Origin: an uncultured delta proteobacterium
Lineage (GTDB): Bacteria > Desulfobacterota > Desulfomonilia > UBA1062
Assembly (NCBI GenBank): GCA_963798485.1
Contig: CAWCTR010000014.1
Location: 224,001 to 288,000 of the forward strand
Reading direction: 5' to 3'
DNA length: 64,000 nt
In this document: positions 21,055-29,297 of the stretch, piece by piece
How the letters are laid out: the number at the start of each line of letters is the position of its first letter
Numbering within the stretch: position 1 is the stretch's first letter
Notes under the pieces: model-generated
Databases searched by the model: none
The model's input: the letters and a program-made list of their open reading frames with translations, nothing else
Told to the model about the DNA's origin: nothing
Translations under genes and position numbers: made by a program

Positions 21055-21735
21055 TTATTGATCTTGGTTCATTTCAGGCCCGGTGGAAAATTTGACCCTG
21101 TAATCTTTCACCGCTCCCTGTTTGAATCTCTCGAATGTCTGCTCCACCTCTGCGCTGTAATCAATTCCGGATTCATATGTGCAAACCTTGATGCTGTTAT
21201 CCTTTATGAGCAGGCAATACTTTGCGGCGGATAAATCGGCTTTAAGCTTTTTCGTTTCAGCTAAAAGGGACGTAAAATGGCCGGATTCGGCATAGTTCGT
21301 TATATACTCGCGTAAGGCTAAAAAGCCTCGCGATTTTAAATCTGCAAGGGTTAACTCATGTACCAGGCGATGAACGGCTTCACAATAAATATCTATTGTT
21401 TCTAAAAACCATCCTTCCTTGTGGTATTTGTACTGAAGCTTTTCCACAAGGGCAAGATGCTGTCGCATTGTGCGCATTTCTTGTGCAAATGTTTTTATAT
21501 TCTCAAAGAGAATTTTATTTTCCAGGTCCTGCATTATTTCATGACGATACTTGATCGTGTCGATATCGGATAGGGAAGTGTAAAAAAACGGCTTTAGATT
21601 ATATTCCTGCCTGTGGGCCGTGATGGTATCGATAACCTGATCAAGATTCAAATCAACAAAAAAGGCGGGCGCTTCAAGCGATTCTTTTTTTGTGCCCTCT
21701 TCAGTTCTTTCAAATAATATGCTGTGGAAAGTCAT
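21055..21735 (-). pseudogene. MutS-related protein, truncated before the ATPase domain
   Basis: MTFHSILF...FFVDLNLDQ...YRHEIMQDLE...FERFKQGAVKDY, recalled as the N-terminus of the standalone MutS-domain-V family; ends at 226 aa with no P-loop. Confidence 0.65.
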
Positions 21736-21793
21736 GAGACAAACACCTCCTGGGCCATGATGCGGACGCACCACTTCAACTCTACCGCCGCAT

Positions 21794-21845
21794 GGTAGGA
21801 GTTATCAGCCCGGCCCGGGCGTTTGTCAGGGGAACTCCATCCCTT
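21794..21845 (-). ncRNA. Fluoride riboswitch (crcB motif) #3
   Basis: Minus strand AGGGATGGAGTTCCCCTGACAAACGCCCGGGCCGGGCTGATAACTCCTACC. Confidence 0.9.
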
Positions 21846-21857
21846 TGTAAGGGTCAA

Positions 21858-21886
21858 ATGATAGGAATTTCTAGAAGTACAGTCAA
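21858..21886 (-). promoter_or_regulatory. Sigma70 promoter for riboswitch #3
   Basis: TTGACT-17 nt-TATCAT directly upstream of the aptamer. Confidence 0.7.
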
Positions 21887-22115
21887 GCTGGAAAACCGCA
21901 AAAATGCAGCGTGCACCAATACAGGGGTTGGCGTCGACAAACCGGACGTGTCGATATACCTGGGCTCCACATCTTGCTACGCTTAGCCCATCATGGCGGA
22001 TGAACCAAACGTCTAATCTTTCCGGGTTCATATAATGAATGAAATCATTAGAAAAATTTAATTCGTTTCTAATCTTCTTTTAATCATAATGCTGTATTGT
22101 AATCTTACCAAGATG

Positions 22116-22538
22116 ATGAAAAAAATTCTGATCATCCTATGCACCTTCGGGTTCATATCCTCTATCTGTCTAGCCGGACAGCCTGAATCGGCCCCCTCCA
22201 AGGAGGTACCGGCAAAGACCGGAGCGTCCAAGGAGATCAGAGGTAAGGTGGAGGGGGTAGTCCTTGAAGATCTGGCAAATGAGGTAAGGCCGAAGATCAC
22301 TATTATTACAGGGGATGGCCAGAAACACACCTTTGTCATACGACCGACCACAACTATCTATGATCCCGGGTGGAACCCCACGACATTGGATAAGATTACG
22401 AAAGGACAATTCGTGAGGATAAAATACAGGATTAATAAGGAAGGGTTCACAGTGGCCCTCTCCATCAAGCCTACCAAGATGGGTTCAGGCGCGGAGCATA
22501 TCTCGCAAAGTACAAATAAAGATGTGGAGCCAAAGTAA
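22116..22538 (+). CDS. Secreted beta-rich (OB-fold-like) hypothetical protein
   Basis: Signal peptide MKKILII...CLA; G.V..V and L..I.KGQ.VRIKY pattern. Confidence 0.7.
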   Translation: MKKILIILCTFGFISSICLAGQPESAPSKEVPAKTGASKEIRGKVEGVVLEDLANEVRPKITIITGDGQKHTFVIRPTTTIYDPGWNPTTLDKITKGQFVRIKYRINKEGFTVALSIKPTKMGSGAEHISQSTNKDVEPK

Positions 22539-22557
22539 TAATAAACTGCAAATGACG

Positions 22558-22842
22558 ATGAAAAGGATATTGATACTCTCCTCTCTCTTGGTGCTCAGCG
22601 CCATCGTATGCCTTGCAACACAAAATGCTGATCCTGCAATGAAACAACCAACTGCTCATCTGTATTATAAGACCTTCCAGCTCAATTATGTGAAAGGCAG
22701 TATTGAGGAAGTACCACTAACCGATCATGCTCCGGAAATTAGAACAACAAAATTAATTACACAAAATGAACATATTTACCTTGTTTCATTACGGTCATTT
22801 CTGCCACCCTTCACCTTGTATGCAAGGCCTCCCCCTGAATAA
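22558..22842 (+). CDS. 94-aa secreted protein ending RPPP; candidate arrest peptide, copy 1
   Basis: Signal peptide; C-terminus TLYARPPPE; gapless paralog at 47997. Confidence 0.75.
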   Translation: MKRILILSSLLVLSAIVCLATQNADPAMKQPTAHLYYKTFQLNYVKGSIEEVPLTDHAPEIRTTKLITQNEHIYLVSLRSFLPPFTLYARPPPE

Positions 22843-23012
22843 TACCTTTAGAAAGGTATTGATAGGGGATACGTCATATCAATATTGCTCCAACATTTAG
22901 TCATCTTGATTTTTAGAAGATACTATGCTGCATAATGCCATTGCGGCATTATTTCAGAGCAATAAAAAGCCCATGCTTGTACATAATACGAATAACACAG
23001 CGGAGGAATACC

Positions 23013-23558
23013 ATGAAGAGAATGTGGTTAAATATAATCATTATCCTGTTTGTCGGAATAGGGTTTGCAACCAGTGGTTGCGCAAAGAAGAATATAGTTG
23101 AGAAGACTGAAGAGATGAAGCCCCCTGTTGCACAGACTGCACCTAAGGCCCCGGCCCTTACCCGGCCGAAAGAAGAGGCAAAGGTTGAGACGTCAGCACT
23201 TACCGCAAATGAAATAAAGGCATTCGAAGACAAGGATCTCCATTTTGGCTTTGATAAGTTCGACCTCACATCAGAGGCTATGGAGATACTGAACCGGAAG
23301 GCTTCTTTCCTTAAGGCCGATACGAATGTAACAATCCGGATTGAGGGCAATTGTGATGAAAGAGGCACAACAGAGTATAACCTTGCCCTTGGGGATAGGA
23401 GGGCTGATTCCGCCCTGAACTATCTACTTGAGCAGGGAATTGCAAAAGAAAGGATATCCACCGTCAGCTACGGCAAAGAGAGACCTCTCGATCCGGGTCA
23501 TAATGAAAAGGCCTGGGCAAAAAACCGAAGAGACCATTTTGTTATTGTGAAGAAATAA
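23013..23558 (+). CDS. pal: Peptidoglycan-associated lipoprotein
   Basis: Lipobox TSGC, F.FD, IEGNCDERGT.EYNLALG.RRA, SYGKERP, KNRR. Confidence 0.95.
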   Translation: MKRMWLNIIIILFVGIGFATSGCAKKNIVEKTEEMKPPVAQTAPKAPALTRPKEEAKVETSALTANEIKAFEDKDLHFGFDKFDLTSEAMEILNRKASFLKADTNVTIRIEGNCDERGTTEYNLALGDRRADSALNYLLEQGIAKERISTVSYGKERPLDPGHNEKAWAKNRRDHFVIVKK

Positions 23559-23571
23559 CTATACCAATTAT

Positions 23572-23611
23572 GGGGTAGCTTTGCTAAGAACAATACAGGC
23601 AAGGCTGCCCC
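23572..23611 (+). terminator. Hairpin downstream of pal
   Basis: GGGGTAGCTTTGC...GCAAGGCTGCCCC; weak U tract. Confidence 0.45.
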
Positions 23612-23651
23612 TGAATTTCAAAGGTTATAGTTCAGAGCAAAGGTATAACGT

Positions 23652-25373
23652 GTGAGTAGAGATTATCTGAATTTGATACGTTCCTTGTTAAGGGGTCTGC
23701 CGGAAAATACCCGCACCCTCATACTCACTATTATTTATGGTGTTATAGCCGGGTCGGCGGCAGTATGCTTCATGACCCTTCTTAACCTGGTTTATGAAAA
23801 TACCTTCATTGTCTTCTCCTCTCATTCCAAACTCTTCTTCCTGATTGCAAGTTTTATCTTGGTCGTGAGCACCTCACTCATGGCAGGTTTCCTGCTTTTT
23901 AAATTCGACCCGGATGCGGCAGGGAGTGGCATTCCACAGCTCAAGGCTGCTTATTGGAAAGAAGTAGGCTATGTGCCGTGGCGTCCGGTTCTCATCAAGT
24001 TTATAGCCGGCGTACTCAATATCGGCGGAGGCGCCAGCCTGGGCCGTGAGGGGCCCACCGTTTATATCGGCGGTGGTATAGCCTCAAATCTTGCAGGGTT
24101 CATGGGGGTTCCCATACGGAGGCGGCGAAGCGCGGTTGTTATCGGTGCATCTGCCGGATTGGCCGCTGCCTTTAATGCACCTCTTGCTGCCATAACATTC
24201 ATCCTCGAAGAGTTTGTCAGCGATATCGATAACCGTTTTATCGGCCGCGTCGTACTCTCTTCCCTGCTCGGGGCATTTGTCGTATACGCCTTTATAGGCA
24301 GGCAGCCGGCTTTCAAACTCCCATCCATCGAATCCGTATCCTGGTCGCACTACACGATTGTCCCTGTAGTCGCCGTCTTTGCCGCTCTTGCCGGCGTCAT
24401 CTTTCAGCAGGCAACGCTCTCCATAAGGTACCGTCTTAAGAGGCAGAAGGCAGTTCCTGCCTGGCTTTTACCCTGTTTCGGAGGACTCATTGTATGGGTC
24501 ATCGGCTCCGCCGTCTTTTGTACTACCGGAAAGCTCGGGGTCTTCAGCCTCGGGTATCATGATCTCTCAAGCGCCTTGGATAATAATTTTATCTGGTGGG
24601 TTGCAGGAATCATGGTGGTTGCCAAGCTGCTGGCGACTATATTGTCCTATAGTTTCGGAGGATGCGGGGGAATCTTTTCACCTCTGCTCTTCATCGGCGG
24701 TATGTGCGGGTATTTCATCGGAGGCCTCACCGGTCATTGGATCCCGGTAACACCGTCCGATAGAGTCGTTCTTTCAGCGGTCGGTATGAGCACCTGCCTT
24801 GGAGTGGTCGTCAGGGCGCCCCTCACCTCTTTATTGATTGTTTTTGAAATGACACACCAGTTCGACCTCATCCCGGGATTGATGATCGGCACTTTCATCG
24901 GCGTCATCATCTCTCATGCCTTCGGCAAAGAGAATTTCTATGATGCGTCGCTGCTTCAAGACGGGCATGAGCTTATAAAGATCAGACCGCCCTTGGACAT
25001 AAAGGGCTGGCAAAACCTCCCCATTTCCTCAATTGCCAATCCACACCCGATTGTCGTGGATAATCTTGATGAAAGCCATCTTCAGCCCATACTTGATAAC
25101 CACCCATACAATTGTTTCCCTATCCTTTTAGAAAATAATGAGGTCGGTGTTATAACCCGGGATCACATGGAGTCCATTATTGCCCATAAGACAGTACCGG
25201 AAATTCCCAAAGCCGTATTCTGTCACCCGGATCAGACTGTCAAGGATGTCGGCAATAAATTTATAGAATCGCCAAGCGGCGTCATCATTGTCATAGACGA
25301 AAAAACAGGAGACATAACCGGTATTGTAACCCTCCATGATCTTCTCCGCGCACAGGCTTCTATTTTAGGTTAA
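23652..25373 (+). CDS. CLC chloride channel/antiporter with CBS domains
   Basis: GSGIP, GREGP, GIFSP; C-terminal CBS pair. Confidence 0.9.
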   Translation: MSRDYLNLIRSLLRGLPENTRTLILTIIYGVIAGSAAVCFMTLLNLVYENTFIVFSSHSKLFFLIASFILVVSTSLMAGFLLFKFDPDAAGSGIPQLKAAYWKEVGYVPWRPVLIKFIAGVLNIGGGASLGREGPTVYIGGGIASNLAGFMGVPIRRRRSAVVIGASAGLAAAFNAPLAAITFILEEFVSDIDNRFIGRVVLSSLLGAFVVYAFIGRQPAFKLPSIESVSWSHYTIVPVVAVFAALAGVIFQQATLSIRYRLKRQKAVPAWLLPCFGGLIVWVIGSAVFCTTGKLGVFSLGYHDLSSALDNNFIWWVAGIMVVAKLLATILSYSFGGCGGIFSPLLFIGGMCGYFIGGLTGHWIPVTPSDRVVLSAVGMSTCLGVVVRAPLTSLLIVFEMTHQFDLIPGLMIGTFIGVIISHAFGKENFYDASLLQDGHELIKIRPPLDIKGWQNLPISSIANPHPIVVDNLDESHLQPILDNHPYNCFPILLENNEVGVITRDHMESIIAHKTVPEIPKAVFCHPDQTVKDVGNKFIESPSGVIIVIDEKTGDITGIVTLHDLLRAQASILG

Positions 25374-25459
25374 ACCTGTTCAGGTGTGAAGTTTACTGAA
25401 TTACAATCTTTAAGTAAAAAACCCCTTTGCCCTCCAAATACGACTGGATTCTTAATTCA

Positions 25460-25915
25460 CTAAGCTCCTTGCCCAGGCTCTTTCTTTACCAGAAAAATAG
25501 AGCAGGGCATCTTCCGGATTATCGCATCATTACTGTTACCGACCAGAAAGTGTTCGATACGGCTTTCTTCATGGGAGCGCAAGACGACCAGATCAATCTT
25601 TTCTTTCCTGATAACCTTCAGAATTTCATCAACGGGATCGCCTTGCTTAATAATCTTTTTGATCTTTACGCCTTTCTTTTTCTCGCCGGCGATAATAGTA
25701 TCCAGTTCCACCTTGATTCTTTCCATACCCCTCTTGCGTTCTTCCTCCTGCGACACCTTGGGCAAAGATCAGCCTTGCAGCCAGAAGGTATCGACTACAT
25801 GGATCACGGTAAGTTCAGCGCCATACTTTGCGACCAGTGAAGTCGCGTAATGAACCGTCCTCTGACAATATTGAGTCATCCAGCTCACCGCAAGTATTCT
25901 TCTAATATCTTCCAT
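25460..25915 (-). pseudogene. Universal stress protein with in-frame TGA
   Basis: MEDIRRILAVS...IHVVD...LQG*SLP...GDP...DLVVL...PCSIFLVK; TGA at 25769-25771. Confidence 0.75.
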
Positions 25916-25930
25916 TATACACCTCCAATT

Positions 25931-26956
25931 TTATATTGTATCACCAGCTAACTTATCACCATTCAGAATCAACCCGAATGATGGAACCATAGGATCTTCA
26001 TGGTTCTTCATGAACATGATCCGCTTTTCATTCACTTCATCTGCTTCATCGGATAAAGCCAGGATGTGAAATCCTTTCTCAACGATATAGAGTTCAGAGC
26101 CGGGGATTGATTCCGCTGCATTCCGGGCATGCTCTAAGGGGACATCGGAATCATCGCTGCCATGGATGATGAGTGTCGGCGTGGCCACGTGTTCAAGAGG
26201 GAGAGGGTCGATCTCTCTGAGCTGCTTCAGGTCGTTGTTCAGGCCCCTTGTCCTCAGCTTTGAAGGGCTCATACTCCTGATGAGCTCCATCAGTATCTTC
26301 ACGCGGTGCTCGTCTTTCATGATATCTCGCATCAGGTGCATCACGTCTTCCTCTTCCAGGGTGCTTTCCATCTCTATGGTTGCCAGTCCAACGAGATACG
26401 GCGCATGTTTTGCAAAAACATCCGCCAGCCAGAGAGATGGATTGTTGAACATGAGATGCCTGAACAGGATGTTTTCGCCGATATTGTTGTGATTCATTTC
26501 ATAACGCTTGCTCACAGCGCATTCGAGAATCAGGGACCATATCCGCTCAGGATAGCGGGAGGCAAAGTGTATCGCCGGAGGTCCGCCTGCAGAATATGCA
26601 ACGAGTGCGGTCTTTTCGATGCCCAGAGTATCGAGAAGTGCCTTGAAGGCATCGGCCTGCTCCACAAATGTCCTTCCTGTTTTCAGTGGAGTGCGTAGAT
26701 AACCCGGGCGAGACCAGCTCAGGATGCGAAACCCTTTTTCGAATAAGCCGTTGAAGAGGGCCGCTGTCTGATCGTACCCCCCCGGACCTCCATGCATGAC
26801 AGAGACATAGGGGCCGCTATCGTCACGGATCGCATATTCCACCGGACCTTTTTCGGTTATGATCACCCGGCTGCCTGCTTCGAGCTCACTAATAAGGTCT
26901 TTTCTCCACCGGATATACGGCCCGTATTTTGCCCTTGCCTTTTTCAGGATATTCAT
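25931..26956 (-). CDS. Alpha/beta hydrolase, paralog 2
   Basis: HGGPGG, AYSAGG, HGSDD, GFH; colinear with the 15569 gene. Confidence 0.85.
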   Translation of the reverse strand: MNILKKARAKYGPYIRWRKDLISELEAGSRVIITEKGPVEYAIRDDSGPYVSVMHGGPGGYDQTAALFNGLFEKGFRILSWSRPGYLRTPLKTGRTFVEQADAFKALLDTLGIEKTALVAYSAGGPPAIHFASRYPERIWSLILECAVSKRYEMNHNNIGENILFRHLMFNNPSLWLADVFAKHAPYLVGLATIEMESTLEEEDVMHLMRDIMKDEHRVKILMELIRSMSPSKLRTRGLNNDLKQLREIDPLPLEHVATPTLIIHGSDDSDVPLEHARNAAESIPGSELYIVEKGFHILALSDEADEVNEKRIMFMKNHEDPMVPSFGLILNGDKLAGDTI

Positions 26957-26997
26957 ATGGTAATCAATTTCCACCAGAGCCTATCTGTGACACCAAT

Positions 26998-27792
26998 CTA
27001 TTTCTTAGCCAACAATGGGGCCTTGGTCGGGTCGAAGATGCGGTATGCAATGAGTTTCACCCGGTCGTTGACGAGGAACCACGCCAGCGCATAGCCCCAG
27101 ATCAGAAACGCCCATTTCCAGCCGATGGGAACCATGAACCATCCGTAGACCGCGGCTACCGTCGCCAGCACCTTCGTGACCACCGCCGACCAGAAAAGCG
27201 CCGGTGCAGGCCGGATGGACCAGAAAGGCCCGCGTGTGCGCGTCACGAAGATCGTCAGATGGCCGGCCACCGCGAGCTTCAGGAACATGAACGTCTGCAG
27301 CAGGTCACGGCTGAGATGGAACGTCTGTTCGCCAAGGTAAAACAGACCGAACGAAGCGATCACGCCGGCCACACCCAACACGGTCGATATCCCCAGGACA
27401 AGCCTCATGTTCCATGCCTCGGGCCGGTCTGCATAGTGCACGTTGTCGTAGGCGATCGCGAGGATAGGGGCGTCGTTCATCAAAGCCAAGGAGGACGATC
27501 ATTACCGCGGTCACGGGATAGAAGTTGAAGACCAGGATCGCCAGTGTCATGAACAGCAGCACGCGGATGGTTTCGGCAATGCGATAGATCGCGTAGCTGT
27601 TCATGCGCTGGAAGGCCTTCCGACTCTCCTTGATGGCATCGATGATCACGGACAGGCCCGGGCTCATCAGCACTACATCAGCTGCCGCTCGGGCAGCATC
27701 GGTGGCGCCGGAAACGGCGATCCCGGCATCCGCCTTCTTCAGTGCTGGGGCGTCATTCACCCCGTCGCCGGTCATACCCACGATGTGGCCGT
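26998..27792 (-). pseudogene. P-type IIIA H+-ATPase C-terminal fragment with frameshift
   Basis: [43 protein letters not shown]; frameshift near 27490; no DKTGT. Confidence 0.85.
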
Positions 27793-28458
27793 CAGCGTGA
27801 TCTCGATCATCGGGTCATCCACCTGCTTGATGACTTGCGAAACAGCTAGGCCGACTCCCATCCCAATGAGCGCGCCGATGCCGACGATCTTGATAAAATC
27901 AAAGGCCAACCCGCCGGCCGTCACGCCTGTCCCTGTCACAAGCGCAAGGCTGAGCGTGAAGAAAACGATCGCGGTGCCGTCGTTGATGAGGCTCTCGCCT
28001 TCGAGCAACACAGAGAGACGTTTCGGGACACCCAGGTTTTTGAAGATCGCGACCACGGCGATGGGGTCGGTGGCGGAGATGATCGCGCCAAAGACCTGCG
28101 CGTGTTCCCAGGTAAAACCTTGAACGAAATTCAACGTGTTGGCGACCGGCGTCAAAATCAGGGCTGTCAGTGCGATCGCCGCAACCACGCCGGGCATGGC
28201 CAGCGAATTAATGGTGAGGCGGTTTCGCCAAAATTGCTTGAACTCGATGTAAAACGCGGCTTCAAAGAGCAGTCCTGGCAGAAAGATGTTGAACAATAAC
28301 GCCTTTGTCAGGTGGGGCGCTTCGAAGACATGCAGCAGCCCCAACACGAGGCCGGTGAAGACCAGGGCCACTGTGTAAGGAACGGACAGACGTTGCACCG
28401 CGATCGCTACGGCCGTGGCCACAACGAACAGCAAAATAAAGATTGTTTCTGTCTCCAT
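27793..28458 (-). pseudogene. NhaP/CPA1 Na+/H+ antiporter, N-terminal half only
   Basis: FLPGLLFEAA, SATDPIAV, EGESLINDG; breaks at IEITLT. Confidence 0.85.
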
Positions 28459-28532
28459 TACAGTACGTTATCTCGTTTCAAGGTCTCCATCAGCTTGTCG
28501 AACGGCTTGTTAAATTTATCGACTCCTTGTTT
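28458..28532 (-). pseudogene. Probable transaldolase C-terminal remnant
   Basis: QGVDKFNKPFDKLMETL resembles a transaldolase C-terminus; its TAA overlaps the nhaP ATG. Confidence 0.45.
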
Positions 28533-28546
28533 TACACAATAGTAGG

Positions 28547-29104
28547 CTATTTCTGACCCGTCTGGTTCTCGGACAACACTGGCCAATTCCGGACTTGCTG
28601 CCAAGCCTGCTGTACCGCTGGCGGCAGCTTGTCCATGTGCTTCAGGAAAAGCGCAAGCGTCCAGATCTGCCGGTCGCTGAGGGAGTGCCGCCATGTAGGC
28701 ATGCCCGTCAGACGAATACCGTGCTTGATCTTCCAGAATGAAAAACCTTCCGGGTCGTCCTCAACCCCGTCGGTCGCCAATTGCGGTGGCTTTTGATAAA
28801 GACCTGTCGCTATCGGCGAGGCAGACGCGACCCCTTTCGCTGAACCATGGCAAACCGCGCAGTTCTGCGCAAAAAGACGGACTCCATCAAAGAGATTCTG
28901 CTCGGTCAGCGCCACCGGGTTTTGGCCCTTTGGGGCTTCGCGACGCAGTGTCGCATCCAGCGAAGTAGTGGCCATCCAGATTTCCAGCCGACTGGGGTTT
29001 GTATCCGCATTGGCCGGAATAAGCCCGCTCAACACCAGAAAGTAAGCGCCGATCAGGCCAACGGCAAGCGTTAATACGACTCCCCACACCATATTTTTTA
29101 CCAC
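28547..29104 (-). CDS. Monoheme cytochrome c
   Basis: CAVCH, WKIKHGIRLTGMP, N-terminal TM helix. Confidence 0.85.
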   Translation of the reverse strand: MVKNMVWGVVLTLAVGLIGAYFLVLSGLIPANADTNPSRLEIWMATTSLDATLRREAPKGQNPVALTEQNLFDGVRLFAQNCAVCHGSAKGVASASPIATGLYQKPPQLATDGVEDDPEGFSFWKIKHGIRLTGMPTWRHSLSDRQIWTLALFLKHMDKLPPAVQQAWQQVRNWPVLSENQTGQK

Positions 29105-29297
29105 AACACCTCCTTGTCCAGTGACGGTACACCGCCGATATCCAGAAACACACAGGTGCGGCGTTTCCGATTGGCCGACAGGCGAAGCAGTCGCTCCGGA
29201 TGGAAAAATTTATTTTTCAATATGTTCAAAATATCCTTCCAGCAGGTCGACCTGCGCGGCGAAAAGCGCCAATGTTATCTGTTTGCACGGAGCCCCT

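Noticed and set aside
21900-21986. GVGVDKPDV resembling a RecQ motif
   Set aside because: Too short and lacks flanking helicase motifs
23652-25373. CLC as the fluoride exporter (CLC-F)
   Set aside because: It has chloride-type GSGIP/GREGP/GIFSP, not GNNLI/GREGT/GEVTP, and no riboswitch is visible upstream
25769-25771. Selenocysteine at the USP TGA
   Set aside because: Context suggests Trp, no convincing SECIS hairpin follows, and there is no redox motif
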